Positions 50,621 to 61,438 of a stretch of 64,000 nt of DNA are shown here, piece by piece. The notes below the pieces were generated by a model. The model saw only the letters and a program-made list of their open reading frames with translations. It made no database searches and was not told the origin of the DNA. The stretch is from an uncultured Methanoregulaceae archaeon. Its GTDB lineage: Archaea; Halobacteriota; Methanomicrobia; Methanomicrobiales; Methanospirillaceae. How positions within the stretch are numbered: position 1 is the first letter of the stretch; each line of letters begins with the position of its first letter. The DNA lies in NCBI GenBank assembly GCA_963841015.1, contig CAWJAX010000003.1, positions 448,001 through 512,000 of the forward strand, read 5' to 3'. The translations under genes were made by a program, and so were the position numbers.

Positions 50621-51118
50621 ATGAAAAGAGTGCTCTTTTTACTCATTATCTGCCTTACCTTTTGTTTCATCATGGGATGCTGCAATCCCCCCCCGTCACC
50701 TCCCGCGTCAGAAAATGGTCAGTCATATTATACTAGATCGTCCAATGGGTCCAGGATCCACACGGTCCCGTTAATCCCTTCACTCATTGAAATTGCATGG
50801 AAACCGAAGCCGACTGAAACGATCCCTTCCATGTACCAAGTCCAGATTGAGACGTATAAAAATCCGCTGGGATCAGATCCCTTTATTTCCATTACTTTCC
50901 AGGGGGGATCAGGACAGGCATATACCCAAAGCATGGATGCACTCGTTCTCCGCTCAGACAACCTGATTGAATTTGAATCGATTCCTTATCCCCAGGTCGG
51001 ATCCCAGATTATCATGAATGGTACCACCGGTACCGACCGTCTTGTCGTTGATATTGTCATGGCAAATGAACGTTACCGGGTTGTTGATGAGTTACTGCCC
51101 CTGAAATCCTATAATTGA
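50621..51118 (+). CDS. Putative lipoprotein
   Basis: Signal with IMGC; ITFQGGSGQ, GTTGTDRL. Confidence 0.7.
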   Translation: MKRVLFLLIICLTFCFIMGCCNPPPSPPASENGQSYYTRSSNGSRIHTVPLIPSLIEIAWKPKPTETIPSMYQVQIETYKNPLGSDPFISITFQGGSGQAYTQSMDALVLRSDNLIEFESIPYPQVGSQIIMNGTTGTDRLVVDIVMANERYRVVDELLPLKSYN

Positions 51119-51199
51119 GTGAAAAAAGCCAGTACCGGAAGAAGGTGGAGAAAACAAGCCGGATATGATCCAGGGAACAGACTCTGGAATGGGGTCCCG

Positions 51200-51480
51200 G
51201 TTAGAGTGGCGAAAATACGCCCAAATTGGGCTCCGATTCTCTTTTTGATAGTACGGTCAATACCGGGAAACCCTGTAAAACTATCCGTTTTGATGCTTAT
51301 GAAAACGGAGGTCATATTTACCCCAGTTTGCCAAAATACGGCTGATTCACATCTCGCCAAAATCCCGCCAAAGGCCCTTAAAATGAGGTGAATTTTGCCA
51401 CGTGATTTACCCCGCCCAGATTCCAGAAAGGCTGCCAGAATGCGAATATGAGGGTCGTTTTTCCGGCAGGATCCAATTTA
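51200..51480 (-). repeat. Non-coding dispersed repeat family 2, copy B
   Basis: Reverse complement is collinear with 8797-9100. Confidence 0.6.
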
Positions 51481-51624
51481 TTCTTAACAATCAATTTTCT
51501 GAAAGGACAATCCGGGATAAAATGATTTTTTAATTACACACAGTGAATTGAGGTTAGCTGAAGAAAGTATTTTAGGAGAAACCCAATATGTCGAACTTAA
51601 TAAATGATATGACGCTATTAAGAT

Positions 51625-53031
51625 ATGAGTCTGTCAGACCCTGATAACGATAAGAATTACAATGGTGATGCAGAGATGGAAAAAAGCATAAAAAAAACAG
51701 GAGACACCGTCAGCCCCGCGGAAGCCCGGGTTATCGCAAAGGAAGCCTATATCTATGGTTATCCGTTGGTAGGCAATTATCTCGTTCTCTATAACTACTT
51801 TGTGAATCCAAACAGCCCGGAATTCAAAGCCCCCTGGAACCAGATCCGCAACATACCACGGGTCTTCACATCAGAGGATAAGATAGTGAAAGTCCCCAAC
51901 TCAGATACACCATATTCCATGCTTGGTATGGACCTTCGGACTGAACCCATCGTGATTACCGTCCCGCCCATCGAAAAGTCTCGCTATTTCAGCATCCAGC
52001 TCATCGATTTGTATACGTTTAACTTCGATTACATCGGAAGCCGCACCACCGGCAACGATGGAGGCAGTTTCCTCATCACCGGCCCCGGCTGGAAGGGTAA
52101 AGTACCTGATGGCATTAAGAAAGTAATCCGTTCGGAGACCGGATTGGTATTCGCGGTATACCGGACGCAGCTTTTCAACCCGGCTGATCTTGATAATGTA
52201 AAGAAAGTCCAGGCAGGTTATGGGGTGCAGCCGTTGTCGGAATTCCTGTGCACGCCCCGGCCAAAGGCTGCTCCCGCGATTGATTTCATCGAGCCACTGA
52301 CACCAGAAATACTCAGGACCTCTCCTGAATTTTTCAGCATCCTGAACTTTGTGCTGAAGTTCTGCCCCACCCATCCCTCGGAGAAGGAACTTATGGCCCG
52401 ATTTGCGAGGATCGGCATTGGTGCCGGCAAGACCTTTGATGCCGACACACTGTCACCTGAAATAAAGACTGCCATCGGGCAGGGCATTGCCGACGCCTGG
52501 GCTGCCTTTACGGACTTTAAGAAGAACCGGTTCGATACAAAGGAGGTGGTCTTTGGTGACCTGTACGGGACACGGGAGTCTCAGAAAAACAATTATTTCT
52601 ACCGGATGGCTGCATTCGTGCTCGGCAACTACGGTAATTCGAAGGAGGAAGCGATGTACCCGACCTATCCCACTGACGCCGAAGGTAAGCCGCTGGTGGG
52701 GACCAACCGTTACACGCTGCGGTTTGCACCGGGCCAGTTGCCTCCGGTCAACGCATTCTGGTCACTGACGATGTACGGCCTACCCGAGAACCTGCTGGTG
52801 GCTAATCCCCTCAACCGCTACCTGATCAACTCGCCGATGCTGCCGCAGGTAAAGCGTGATGCTGATGGGGGACTGACACTGCTGGTACAAAACGAGTCCC
52901 CCGGTAAGGACCGGGTGACCAACTGGCTGCCGGCACCAAAAGGACAATTCCTGATGGCCCTGCGCCTGTACTGGCCGAAAGAAGAAGCGATTGATGGCAG
53001 GTGGACCGAGCCGAAGGTCGTTAAAGTCTGA
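51625..53031 (+). CDS. DUF1254/DUF1214 domain protein
   Basis: EAYIYGYP, PNSDTPYS..MDLRTEP, IGSRTTG..GG.FLITGPGW, LPPVNAFWSLTMY, NWLPAPKG.F.MALRLYWP. Confidence 0.92.
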   Translation: MSLSDPDNDKNYNGDAEMEKSIKKTGDTVSPAEARVIAKEAYIYGYPLVGNYLVLYNYFVNPNSPEFKAPWNQIRNIPRVFTSEDKIVKVPNSDTPYSMLGMDLRTEPIVITVPPIEKSRYFSIQLIDLYTFNFDYIGSRTTGNDGGSFLITGPGWKGKVPDGIKKVIRSETGLVFAVYRTQLFNPADLDNVKKVQAGYGVQPLSEFLCTPRPKAAPAIDFIEPLTPEILRTSPEFFSILNFVLKFCPTHPSEKELMARFARIGIGAGKTFDADTLSPEIKTAIGQGIADAWAAFTDFKKNRFDTKEVVFGDLYGTRESQKNNYFYRMAAFVLGNYGNSKEEAMYPTYPTDAEGKPLVGTNRYTLRFAPGQLPPVNAFWSLTMYGLPENLLVANPLNRYLINSPMLPQVKRDADGGLTLLVQNESPGKDRVTNWLPAPKGQFLMALRLYWPKEEAIDGRWTEPKVVKV

Positions 53032-53094
53032 TAGTCAGGTTTGGAGAAAAAGAATAAACAATACCAACATCAAACAAACAGAACGGAGATGACT

Positions 53095-53763
53095 ATGAGT
53101 AATCCTGAAAATTCTTTGTACGTTGACAAGGCCCGGGGTCTTGCCCAGTGTGAGCTGTTCCTGATGAAGACCGAAGCCGGGAAAATGGAAGCGCTGGTCT
53201 ACAATACCACGGGGCTGAATGACTGCCCTCCCGGCCAGTATAATCCGATGGATGCCAAAGTGCTGGCACAACAGACCAAATCTGATGTTGTATGGAAAAA
53301 CCCCCGGCGCTTCTGGATGATGGATCATCTGACGATTGCACTGGCTGGAAAACCCCGCGAATTTTACGGTCTCCCTTTTAACTTCGTCGCGAAAATGCAG
53401 ATGCCTGCGGGTTTCGACACAACCAAAGACCAATCCTCACAAGCCTACAACCCGATGAAGATTCACCGTGTCACTAAATACGAGTTCCTGAAGGGCAGGA
53501 TGGTCTTCATGTTGCGGTCTCCCGACGAACACACCTGGGTCATGCAGACCTATACAAACCATGTTGACCGCAGCCTGACCGAAGCCACTCTGCCGAACAT
53601 GGGACAAAAGCTGAAGCTGCCCATGGGATGGCAGTTCAAGGCCAAGGTGCTCGACCGGAACCTGATCATCAACACAACCGGCCTGGCCAACATTGTCCCG
53701 GACGATCTGGCTAATATGTATCAGGGCTGTATAGGTGACGTCCATAACTTTGATCCCTGGTAA
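53095..53763 (+). CDS. Uncharacterised protein, paralogue of 53936-54691
   Basis: YNTTGLNDCP, KNPRRFWMMD, WVMQTY, LPMGWQF..LDRNL; GGAG RBS. Confidence 0.75.
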   Translation: MSNPENSLYVDKARGLAQCELFLMKTEAGKMEALVYNTTGLNDCPPGQYNPMDAKVLAQQTKSDVVWKNPRRFWMMDHLTIALAGKPREFYGLPFNFVAKMQMPAGFDTTKDQSSQAYNPMKIHRVTKYEFLKGRMVFMLRSPDEHTWVMQTYTNHVDRSLTEATLPNMGQKLKLPMGWQFKAKVLDRNLIINTTGLANIVPDDLANMYQGCIGDVHNFDPW

Positions 53764-53935
53764 CAGAGGACTCGAAAAAACCATTTTCTTCATTTTTTTT
53801 TATAAATCAGTTTTATTCCTTAAGTTTCTTTCACGTAGCACAGTAATCATACATGCACTATTTCCGGCGTGCTCATTAGGATAGGTTAATGAAGTTTTCT
53901 CGTAATATCCTCCTGCATAATGATGGTGATGAGTA

Positions 53936-54691
53936 ATGAAAAATACGCCCGATAAACCTGCATCGGCCCCGGGTTCTACAGTGATTCCCGGTTGCGAGAT
54001 GAACGCACAGGACAAAGCGACAATGGTCATGCAGACATTTTCGAACATGCGGGACGTGAGCTTCTGCGAGGTGATCCTCTGGTGCGGTGAAGGAGGGACG
54101 TACGGTACATCCGGGTTGAATGACCCGAGGGACTCGTGCCCGGAACTTCTCTATAAGGGCCTCAGTAACGAGGCTTTGGCAAAACAGTACAAAGTCAAGG
54201 GTGCTTCCCTGAACCCACCCCGTGGCCGAAGATACTGGTTAATTGACAAACTGGAAATCCCTGCATCCACAACGGTCCGCGATTTCAACGGCCTCAAGGC
54301 ACATTACTGGGGAGAAGTGGAAGAACCCCCCGATGGTAAACCTATGGTCCTGGATCCCGCGAAGCTCCAGTATAAACCGTTGTATTTCAAGCGTAATTCA
54401 ACCATTACCTTTGAAAAAGACAAGCCCGTCTTCCTGTTGAAAGACGCCGAGGGTACAACCTGGGTATATAAGAACTATACGACCGCCATGGACCCGACCC
54501 TGACGTATAAGGATCTCCAGAAGCTGGACAAGCGGCTCAGGCAGCTGCCTGCAGGATTTACCCTCCGGACCAGGACACTGGATAAGGATCTGATTATCAA
54601 GGCTGTCGATGGGAAGGCACGAATCATGTGGGACGAACTGGGCGGTTCCTGGGACGCATTGGATCCCGGCGTGGCCAATTACCAGCCATAG
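53936..54691 (+). CDS. Uncharacterised protein, paralogue of 53095-53763
   Basis: YGTSGLND..SCP, LNPPRGRRYWLID, WVYKNY, LPAGFTL..LDKDL. Confidence 0.75.
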   Translation: MKNTPDKPASAPGSTVIPGCEMNAQDKATMVMQTFSNMRDVSFCEVILWCGEGGTYGTSGLNDPRDSCPELLYKGLSNEALAKQYKVKGASLNPPRGRRYWLIDKLEIPASTTVRDFNGLKAHYWGEVEEPPDGKPMVLDPAKLQYKPLYFKRNSTITFEKDKPVFLLKDAEGTTWVYKNYTTAMDPTLTYKDLQKLDKRLRQLPAGFTLRTRTLDKDLIIKAVDGKARIMWDELGGSWDALDPGVANYQP

Positions 54692-54931
54692 ACAGGATCT
54701 CTCTTTTCATTTTTTATTACGGCAAAATTGAGCTGGATCAGCTAATCGCGATGAGAGAATAATTTGTCCAGGAGAATTTCGTTTTCATATCTTCAGTTCC
54801 AACGCCTTTTTGTCTGTAATGTCCCGTGAAACTGCGACAATTTCCGGTTCGCCAGTGTCCTCACTTAATGAGAAACCGATACGTAGATTCAATCCAGACG
54901 TTTGACCTCTTCACCTTGCAAGGGGACTATT

Positions 54932-56668
54932 TTATTCCGATTCTTCTGAGACATTCCCCTCGTCAGGGAAGCGCCGTTGGAATTCGCGTACAGCCCTCTC
55001 AAGAGAGAGGAAGATATTGTCTTCGCCAACACGGTGAGTGAGGGCGGTGATCTCCATCCGGTCCCGCACCGGTCCCCGCACATGGGCAAATGAGATAACA
55101 ATTTTTCTCTCTTTGAGAGAATCCACCAGCTCGCGGAGCATGTCTACGGTAGCAAGATCGAGGTCCGTGGTTGCCCCGATGTCAAGGATAACGGCACGGA
55201 GGTCTTTTCCTGCAGTGACGAGGTCAAGGATGCCTCTCCGTGCAACGTTGGCATTGAAGAAGTAGAGCGGAGCATCCAGCCGGAGGATCAGGAGCCCGGG
55301 CACGGGCTCATTTTCCGGCGCTCTTCCGATGTCGCCATACACACCGTCATGCCCGGGCACTTTTCCCAGTACCACGATGTGAGGGCGACTGGCGCTATAC
55401 AGGAGCATAACGAGAGAGAGGAGTACAGCAAGGATGAGCCCTTCAAGGATACCGATGACGATCACCCCGAGAAGCGCAGTCGCCGCCAGCCAGAAATCAG
55501 CCCGGCGCAGAGCATAGTAGCGCGTGAGGGCTGCTATGTCCAGAAGCGCGTAGACAGCGACAATCACGACCGCACCAAGGACTGCCTGGGGCAGGTTCCG
55601 GAAGAGGGGTGCAATGAGAATGAGCGTGAGGAAGATCAGGCCTGCGGTGATGAGACCGGATACCTGCGTCCTCGCCCCCGCGGTGTCTCCCGTTGCTGTC
55701 GACGAGAGGGTTGCATCGACAGTAGCTCCCTGGAAGAGCCCGGAGCTGATGTTTGCCGAACCCAGAGCGATCAGCTCCTGGTCCGGGTTGATCTCGTAAT
55801 GGTGACGTGCTGCATACTCCCGTGCTATGCCGAGGCTTTCACCAATCGCGATGAAGACGATACCGATTGCACCTGCCAGGAGGAACGGAATTGCCGTGAT
55901 ACCCACATGGGGAAGACCTGGCGCCGGAAAACCTGCAGGGATAGTACCAACAATGCTGACGCCATACTGTTCAAGATCGAAGATGGATACTGCGAGGATC
56001 CCGGCAACAAGGGCGACGAGGGCGCCGGGGACGACCGGCCAAGTCCGCCGGATCAGGAGGATGAGGGCTATGGCGCCCAGTCCGATGGCAAGGGTGTACG
56101 GGTTGGTGAGCCCGAGATTCCCGATGAGCTGGACGAGCTGCTCAAAGAACGTTCCGGAACCGCCGGGAACACCCAAAACTTTCGGCAGCTGCCCGATAAT
56201 GATGGTGAGGGCAATCCCGAAGATGAATCCGGTCACTACTGACTTGGAGAGGAAATCCGAGATGAACCCGAACCGGGCAATCCCCGCGATAAGGAGGATA
56301 ATGCCGGCCAGGAGAGCGAGCGCAGCCGTGAACGCGATGGTCATCGACGGATCCCCGAGGGCAAGAGGCGCCACGATCGCAGCCGATGTGATAGCCATGG
56401 CCGAGGTCATTGCCACTTTGAGGTTCCGGCTCGTCCCGAAGATCGCGTATGCAACCAGTGCGACTGTCGATGCCGCGAGCCCGGCCTGAGGGGGAATTCC
56501 CGCGATTTCGGCGTATGCCATGGATGCAGGAACAAGAATCCCCCAAACGGTAACTGCCGCAATAAGATCGGGTACCAAATTCTCCCGCTTATAGAGGGGC
56601 AGCCAGTTCCGTATAGGAATATATTTCCTGAACAGTCCTTCCTGCATGACAACTCCCCGGATAATCAT
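54932..56668 (-). CDS. SulP/SLC26 anion transporter with STAS domain
   Basis: DLIAAVTV..ILVP.SMAYAEIAG, DQELIALG.AN, LDAPLYFFNA, STAS. Confidence 0.93.
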   Translation of the reverse strand: MIIRGVVMQEGLFRKYIPIRNWLPLYKRENLVPDLIAAVTVWGILVPASMAYAEIAGIPPQAGLAASTVALVAYAIFGTSRNLKVAMTSAMAITSAAIVAPLALGDPSMTIAFTAALALLAGIILLIAGIARFGFISDFLSKSVVTGFIFGIALTIIIGQLPKVLGVPGGSGTFFEQLVQLIGNLGLTNPYTLAIGLGAIALILLIRRTWPVVPGALVALVAGILAVSIFDLEQYGVSIVGTIPAGFPAPGLPHVGITAIPFLLAGAIGIVFIAIGESLGIAREYAARHHYEINPDQELIALGSANISSGLFQGATVDATLSSTATGDTAGARTQVSGLITAGLIFLTLILIAPLFRNLPQAVLGAVVIVAVYALLDIAALTRYYALRRADFWLAATALLGVIVIGILEGLILAVLLSLVMLLYSASRPHIVVLGKVPGHDGVYGDIGRAPENEPVPGLLILRLDAPLYFFNANVARRGILDLVTAGKDLRAVILDIGATTDLDLATVDMLRELVDSLKERKIVISFAHVRGPVRDRMEITALTHRVGEDNIFLSLERAVREFQRRFPDEGNVSEESE

Positions 56669-56912
56669 AGAGATGTCGTTTTTGGTACACTAAAAAACGA
56701 TCGGTGGATATTCTCTGTACCTTCGGGTTAATTTCCGGAAATTTGAGATAAAAACTCGGAGTCATGAGAAAGGTTAAGGACCTTTCATTTTTTTTTATTT
56801 TCTTCCTGACCAGTCACGACTAGCGTAGAGATAATATACCCTGATGAACAATTAGCAGTGATAGAATACTCTTAAAAAATTTACCATCTTCTTAAAAAAA
56901 AGTGTGATTACC

Positions 56913-59279
56913 ATGGCAAAACTCAAGATATACAAAGACGGGACCCCTTTTACCGGTGTTATCGGACGTACTACCGAAGAGTCCTCGCCGGCCTGGCCGG
57001 AGCTCGAACGCCCCCCGGAAGGTGCACCGAACGTCATCTTCTTTGTGCTTGACGATGTCGGCTATGGCCAGTTGTCCCCCTTCGGCGGGCTGGTCGAGAC
57101 ACCTGTGCTGAACGAGCTGGCGAAAAACGGCCTGACCTACACCAACATGCACACCACGGCCCTCTGCTCGCCGTCGCGGGGCTGCATCCTGACCGGGCGG
57201 AATCATCACTCAATAGGGCTGGCGTCGATCACCGAAACCTCCACCGGATACCCCGGCTACAACGGCATCCTGCCCTTTGACAAGGGGATGCTTTCCGAGA
57301 TGCTGCTGCAGAAAGGCTACAACACCTTCTGTGTCGGGAAGTGGCACCTCACGCCTCCTGAACACACGACCGCAGCCGGACCCTATGACCGCTGGCCTCT
57401 CGGCCGCGGCTTCGAGCGGTATTACGGGTTCATGGGCGGCGAGACCAACCAGTGGTATCCCGAGCTGGTCTACGACAACCACGGGGTCGAGCAGCCTGCA
57501 ATGCCTGAGGATGGCTACCACCTGAGCGCTGACCTTGCTACAAAGGCCATCGAGTTCATCCAGGATGCGCACGTCACCGCACCGGACAAACCCTTCTTCC
57601 TGTATTATGCCACAGGCTGCGGCCACGCACCGCACCACGTACCCAAGGAATGGGCGGACAAGTACAAGGGCAGGTTCGACATGGGCTGGGACAAGTACCG
57701 CGAGTTCGTCCACCAGCGCCAGATTGAGATGGGTATCATTCCCCCGGGAACCGAATTGTCACCACACGATCCCGATGTGCCGGTCTGGAACACATTGTCA
57801 GCAGACGAGAAGCGGCTTTTTATCCGGATGATGGAGGTCTATGCCGGGTTTGTCACCTTCACCGATTACCACTTCGGGCGTATCCTTGATTTCCTGAAAG
57901 AGATCGGCGAGCTGGACAACACGCTGATCATCGTCATCTCCGACAACGGAGCCAGCTCCGAGGGCGGACCAGTGGGATCCCTCAACGAGATGTTCTTTTT
58001 TAACAATGCGAAGGAAACGCTGGAAGACAACCTCAGGGTCATCGATAAGCTGGGCGGTGTCGAGACCTGCAACCACTATCCCTGGGGCTGGACGAATGCC
58101 GGCAACACGCCCTTCCGCCGCTGGAAGCGCGAGACATACCGGGGCGGCACCACCGACCCGTGCATCGTGTCGTGGCCAAAGGGGATCCGGGCCAGCGGCG
58201 AGCTGCGGCCCCAGTACGGGCATATCATCGACTTTGTCCCGACAGTCCTGGAAGCCCTTGGCATCGAGGCGCCGCAGGACATCCGCGGCGTGACCCAGGC
58301 GCCCATCGACGGGATAAGTTTTGCTCAGACCTTCAACGATGCTGCTGCGCCAGGCAATCACCACACCCAGTACTTCGAGATGTTCGGCCACCGCTCGATC
58401 TACCATGACGGCTGGCGGGCGGTCTGCCCGTGGCCGGGCCCGAGCTTCTTCGAGGCTGCAAAGAAGGGGCGCCAGTTCGGCTCCCCCCTGCCTAACAAGG
58501 TGCTCGTCGATATCGAGACCCACGACTGGGAGCTGTACCACGTGGACGAGGACTACTCCGAATGCCACAACCTGGCCGCAAAACATCGCGACAAGGTGAT
58601 CGAGATGGTCGGCCGGTGGTGGGCTGAAGCGGGCAAGTACCAGGTGCTGCCCATAGATGGCAGCGCCCTGGAACGCCTCAACGTGGAACGCCCGACTATA
58701 GCGAAGCCGAGGGACAGGTTTGTCTATTACCCCGGCGGATCGTCGGTCCCATTCACCGCCACGCCCAAGACCTACAACCGGCCCTGGAGCATCACAGCCG
58801 ACGTTGTAATCCCCCCGGGCGGCGCAGAGGGGGTGCTGCTGGCCAATGGCGGCCGCACCGGCGGTTACACCTTCTTTGTCAAGGACCAGAGGCTCCACTT
58901 CCTCTACAACTGGCTGGGCCGGGACAGGTTCTGGCTGCATTCCAGCGAGAAGGTTCCTGAGGGTGAGGTCGAGCTCCGCTACGAGTTCGAGCCGACCGGC
59001 AAGCCCAACATTGCCCTGGGGAGGGGAGTGCCGGCCCGCTGCCAGCTTTATATTAACCGCCGGCTGGTCGCGAACATCGACATGCCCTTCTCGGTCCTGA
59101 ACATCTTCGGGACGCAGGGGCTGACCTGCGGCTATGACGGCGGCGAGCCGGCAGCGCCGGAGGAGTACAGCGATGCATTCCCCTTCACCGGTACCATCAA
59201 ACGGGTTACGCTGGATCTGTCAGGCGAACTGATTCCTGATACTGAAGCGGATCTGAAGATCGCCATGGCGCGGCAGTAA
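56913..59279 (+). CDS. Cys-type arylsulfatase (AtsA-like) with C-terminal LamG-like domain
   Basis: PNVIFFVLDDVGY, CSPSRGCILTGR (CxPxR), GKWHL, HAPHH, SDNG, WELY; no signal peptide. Confidence 0.95.
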   Translation: MAKLKIYKDGTPFTGVIGRTTEESSPAWPELERPPEGAPNVIFFVLDDVGYGQLSPFGGLVETPVLNELAKNGLTYTNMHTTALCSPSRGCILTGRNHHSIGLASITETSTGYPGYNGILPFDKGMLSEMLLQKGYNTFCVGKWHLTPPEHTTAAGPYDRWPLGRGFERYYGFMGGETNQWYPELVYDNHGVEQPAMPEDGYHLSADLATKAIEFIQDAHVTAPDKPFFLYYATGCGHAPHHVPKEWADKYKGRFDMGWDKYREFVHQRQIEMGIIPPGTELSPHDPDVPVWNTLSADEKRLFIRMMEVYAGFVTFTDYHFGRILDFLKEIGELDNTLIIVISDNGASSEGGPVGSLNEMFFFNNAKETLEDNLRVIDKLGGVETCNHYPWGWTNAGNTPFRRWKRETYRGGTTDPCIVSWPKGIRASGELRPQYGHIIDFVPTVLEALGIEAPQDIRGVTQAPIDGISFAQTFNDAAAPGNHHTQYFEMFGHRSIYHDGWRAVCPWPGPSFFEAAKKGRQFGSPLPNKVLVDIETHDWELYHVDEDYSECHNLAAKHRDKVIEMVGRWWAEAGKYQVLPIDGSALERLNVERPTIAKPRDRFVYYPGGSSVPFTATPKTYNRPWSITADVVIPPGGAEGVLLANGGRTGGYTFFVKDQRLHFLYNWLGRDRFWLHSSEKVPEGEVELRYEFEPTGKPNIALGRGVPARCQLYINRRLVANIDMPFSVLNIFGTQGLTCGYDGGEPAAPEEYSDAFPFTGTIKRVTLDLSGELIPDTEADLKIAMARQ

Positions 59280-59364
59280 ACGGCCCGGCTCACGGTACTC
59301 GTCCGTTCGATAGGTAAAAAAACAAACAAATTTTTTAATCTGTTATCAAACCTTTCTAAAAATC

Positions 59365-60534
59365 ATGCCTGCCTGCAACCTTCCCGCTTTCAATCTCATG
59401 GCAAAACCCGGTGGACCCCGGTGTAACCTTTCCTGCCAGTACTGCTTTTACTTAGGCAAGGGAGAACTGTATCCGGAGAGCCGGTTCCATATGTCCGATA
59501 AAGTTCTTGAGGAGTACACAAGGCAGACCATAGAGGCACATTGCATACCAGAAGTAACCTTCGCATGGCAGGGTGGTGAACCGACAATCCTCGGCATTGA
59601 TTTTTTCAAAAAGGCTCTTGACCTTCAGAAAAAGTATTGCAGGCACGGGGTTGTAATCCATAACACCATCCAGACGAACGGTACCCTGCTGGATGACCAA
59701 TGGTGCGAATTTTTCCGGAAGCACCGCTTTTTAGTGGGTATCAGTATCGATGGGCCGCGGGACCTGCACGATGCCTGCAGGACGGACGCTACAGGAAAGG
59801 GAACGTTTGACCGCGTGATGAAGGGGATCGCCTGCCTGAAAAAGCACAAGGTGGACTTCAACATCCTGTGCACCGTTAATGCGGTGAACGGGGATCATCC
59901 CGGTGAAGTCTACCGCTTCTTCCGCGATGAGGTTAAGGAACAGTTTATCCAGTTCATCCCGGTAGTGGAACGTGACGCTAAAAATGGTGCCGTAACCCCC
60001 TTGTCCGTCGCTCCTGAACAGTACGGGAAGTTCCTGATCGGGGTCTTTGATGAATGGGTGAGACATGATGTGGGAACGGTCTACGTCCAGCATTTCGATA
60101 CCGCCCTTGCAAACTGGTACGGGGAGCCCCATGGGATCTGCGTCTTCTCTCCTTCCTGCGGATCTGCAATGGTGATCGAGCACAACGGCGATATTTACTC
60201 GTGCGATCATTTTGTCGACAGAGACTACCTGCTGGGCAATATCCTGACTGTTCCGCTTACGGAGCTGGTCAACAGTGAGAGGCAAAGGCAGTTTGGACGG
60301 AATAAGAAGGAAAAACTTCCGAAATACTGCCTCGAATGCCCGGTCCTCTTCGCGTGCCGGGGTGAATGTCCGAAAAACCGGTTTGCGGTAACTCCGGAGG
60401 GTGAGCCGGGTCTGAATTATCTCTGCGATGGCTACCGGATGTTCTTTACCCATATTGACAGACCGATGAAATTTATGGCAGAAGAGTTGCAAGCCGGACG
60501 AGCCCCTGCAAACGTTATGAATTCCCCTTTTTAA
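59365..60534 (+). CDS. Anaerobic sulfatase-maturating radical SAM/SPASM enzyme (anSME)
   Basis: MAKP.GPRCNLSCQYCFY, WQGGEPT, YSCDHFV, CLECPVLFACRGECPKNR, YLCDGY. Confidence 0.95.
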   Translation: MPACNLPAFNLMAKPGGPRCNLSCQYCFYLGKGELYPESRFHMSDKVLEEYTRQTIEAHCIPEVTFAWQGGEPTILGIDFFKKALDLQKKYCRHGVVIHNTIQTNGTLLDDQWCEFFRKHRFLVGISIDGPRDLHDACRTDATGKGTFDRVMKGIACLKKHKVDFNILCTVNAVNGDHPGEVYRFFRDEVKEQFIQFIPVVERDAKNGAVTPLSVAPEQYGKFLIGVFDEWVRHDVGTVYVQHFDTALANWYGEPHGICVFSPSCGSAMVIEHNGDIYSCDHFVDRDYLLGNILTVPLTELVNSERQRQFGRNKKEKLPKYCLECPVLFACRGECPKNRFAVTPEGEPGLNYLCDGYRMFFTHIDRPMKFMAEELQAGRAPANVMNSPF

Positions 60535-60584
60535 GTTCACTTTTTTCTGATGCTGGTTCAGGTATTGCGTATTTTTCACTCTTG

Positions 60585-60932
60585 AGATTAGCCAGCTGCT
60601 CTAACTCTCCCGCACGGTAATGGTCTCTCCCGTGCAGCTGATACTATTCACCCGTTCCATCACGGCTTGATGAATTATCGCGCTTTTCCAATGGAGTTCT
60701 GGAAAAAGATACGGACTACTAACCACCTGGAACGAATTCACAAAGAACTCAAACGCAGAAGCAGGAAGATTGGCGCTTTCCTGAATGACGCTTCGTTGCT
60801 CAGACTCACCGGTTCGATCCTTATCGATAGTAACGAGAAATGGATAACGTAACCGGTATTTATCTGTGAAGAGTACGATGATCTCTCTGGATTCAGGTTG
60901 TGTCGATTTTACAGCAACATAGAGACACTACC
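60585..60932 (+). mobile_element. IS256-family transposase 3' remnant with right end
   Basis: NYRAFP.EFWKKIRTTNHLERIHKELKRR....GAF.N..SLLRL; TTTACAGCAACATAGAGACACTACC terminus. Confidence 0.82.
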
Positions 60933-60959
60933 TATGAACGTTTTTATCAAAAAAAAAGA

Positions 60960-61232
60960 TCAATCACGATTTTCCAACAGATCTTTTAATGCCGGATCAA
61001 TTTGGAAAGCCTGCTCATAGCGAACCCGTGCCTCTTCATGCTCACCAAGTTTTGTCAGGCAGTTGCCCATTTCAAAGAGCGCCTTTGAATAACGGGGAGC
61101 AATCACGGTTGTTTGTTTGAGGTACTTCAGTGCACTCTCAGGCTTCCCCGACCTGAACATCTCCATCGCTTTCTTGTAGAGGAATTGCGCCTCAATTGGT
61201 ACACCCTTTGTATAGATATACTTCCAACCCAT
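60960..61232 (-). CDS. Small TPR protein
   Basis: Two TPR motifs (APRYSKALFEMGNCLTKLG..EEA...YEQA.QIDP); GAGGTGG RBS. Confidence 0.8.
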   Translation of the reverse strand: MGWKYIYTKGVPIEAQFLYKKAMEMFRSGKPESALKYLKQTTVIAPRYSKALFEMGNCLTKLGEHEEARVRYEQAFQIDPALKDLLENRD

Positions 61233-61438
61233 ACCACCACCTCTGTTCTGCCGTCACTCAATTCAAGTGATGACAGAATTATCTGAGTATTTTTATAAAT
61301 ATTAATAAATATGCGTGGCAGATGTGAGCGGCAGATTTGACTCGTGTACTGCAATGCGAAGGTTACTAAAGAAAACTTGGGGTATTATTTAAAAATACTC
61401 ACCGGCAATTGTGTGTTATTAAAAAAAAATTCCCGACC

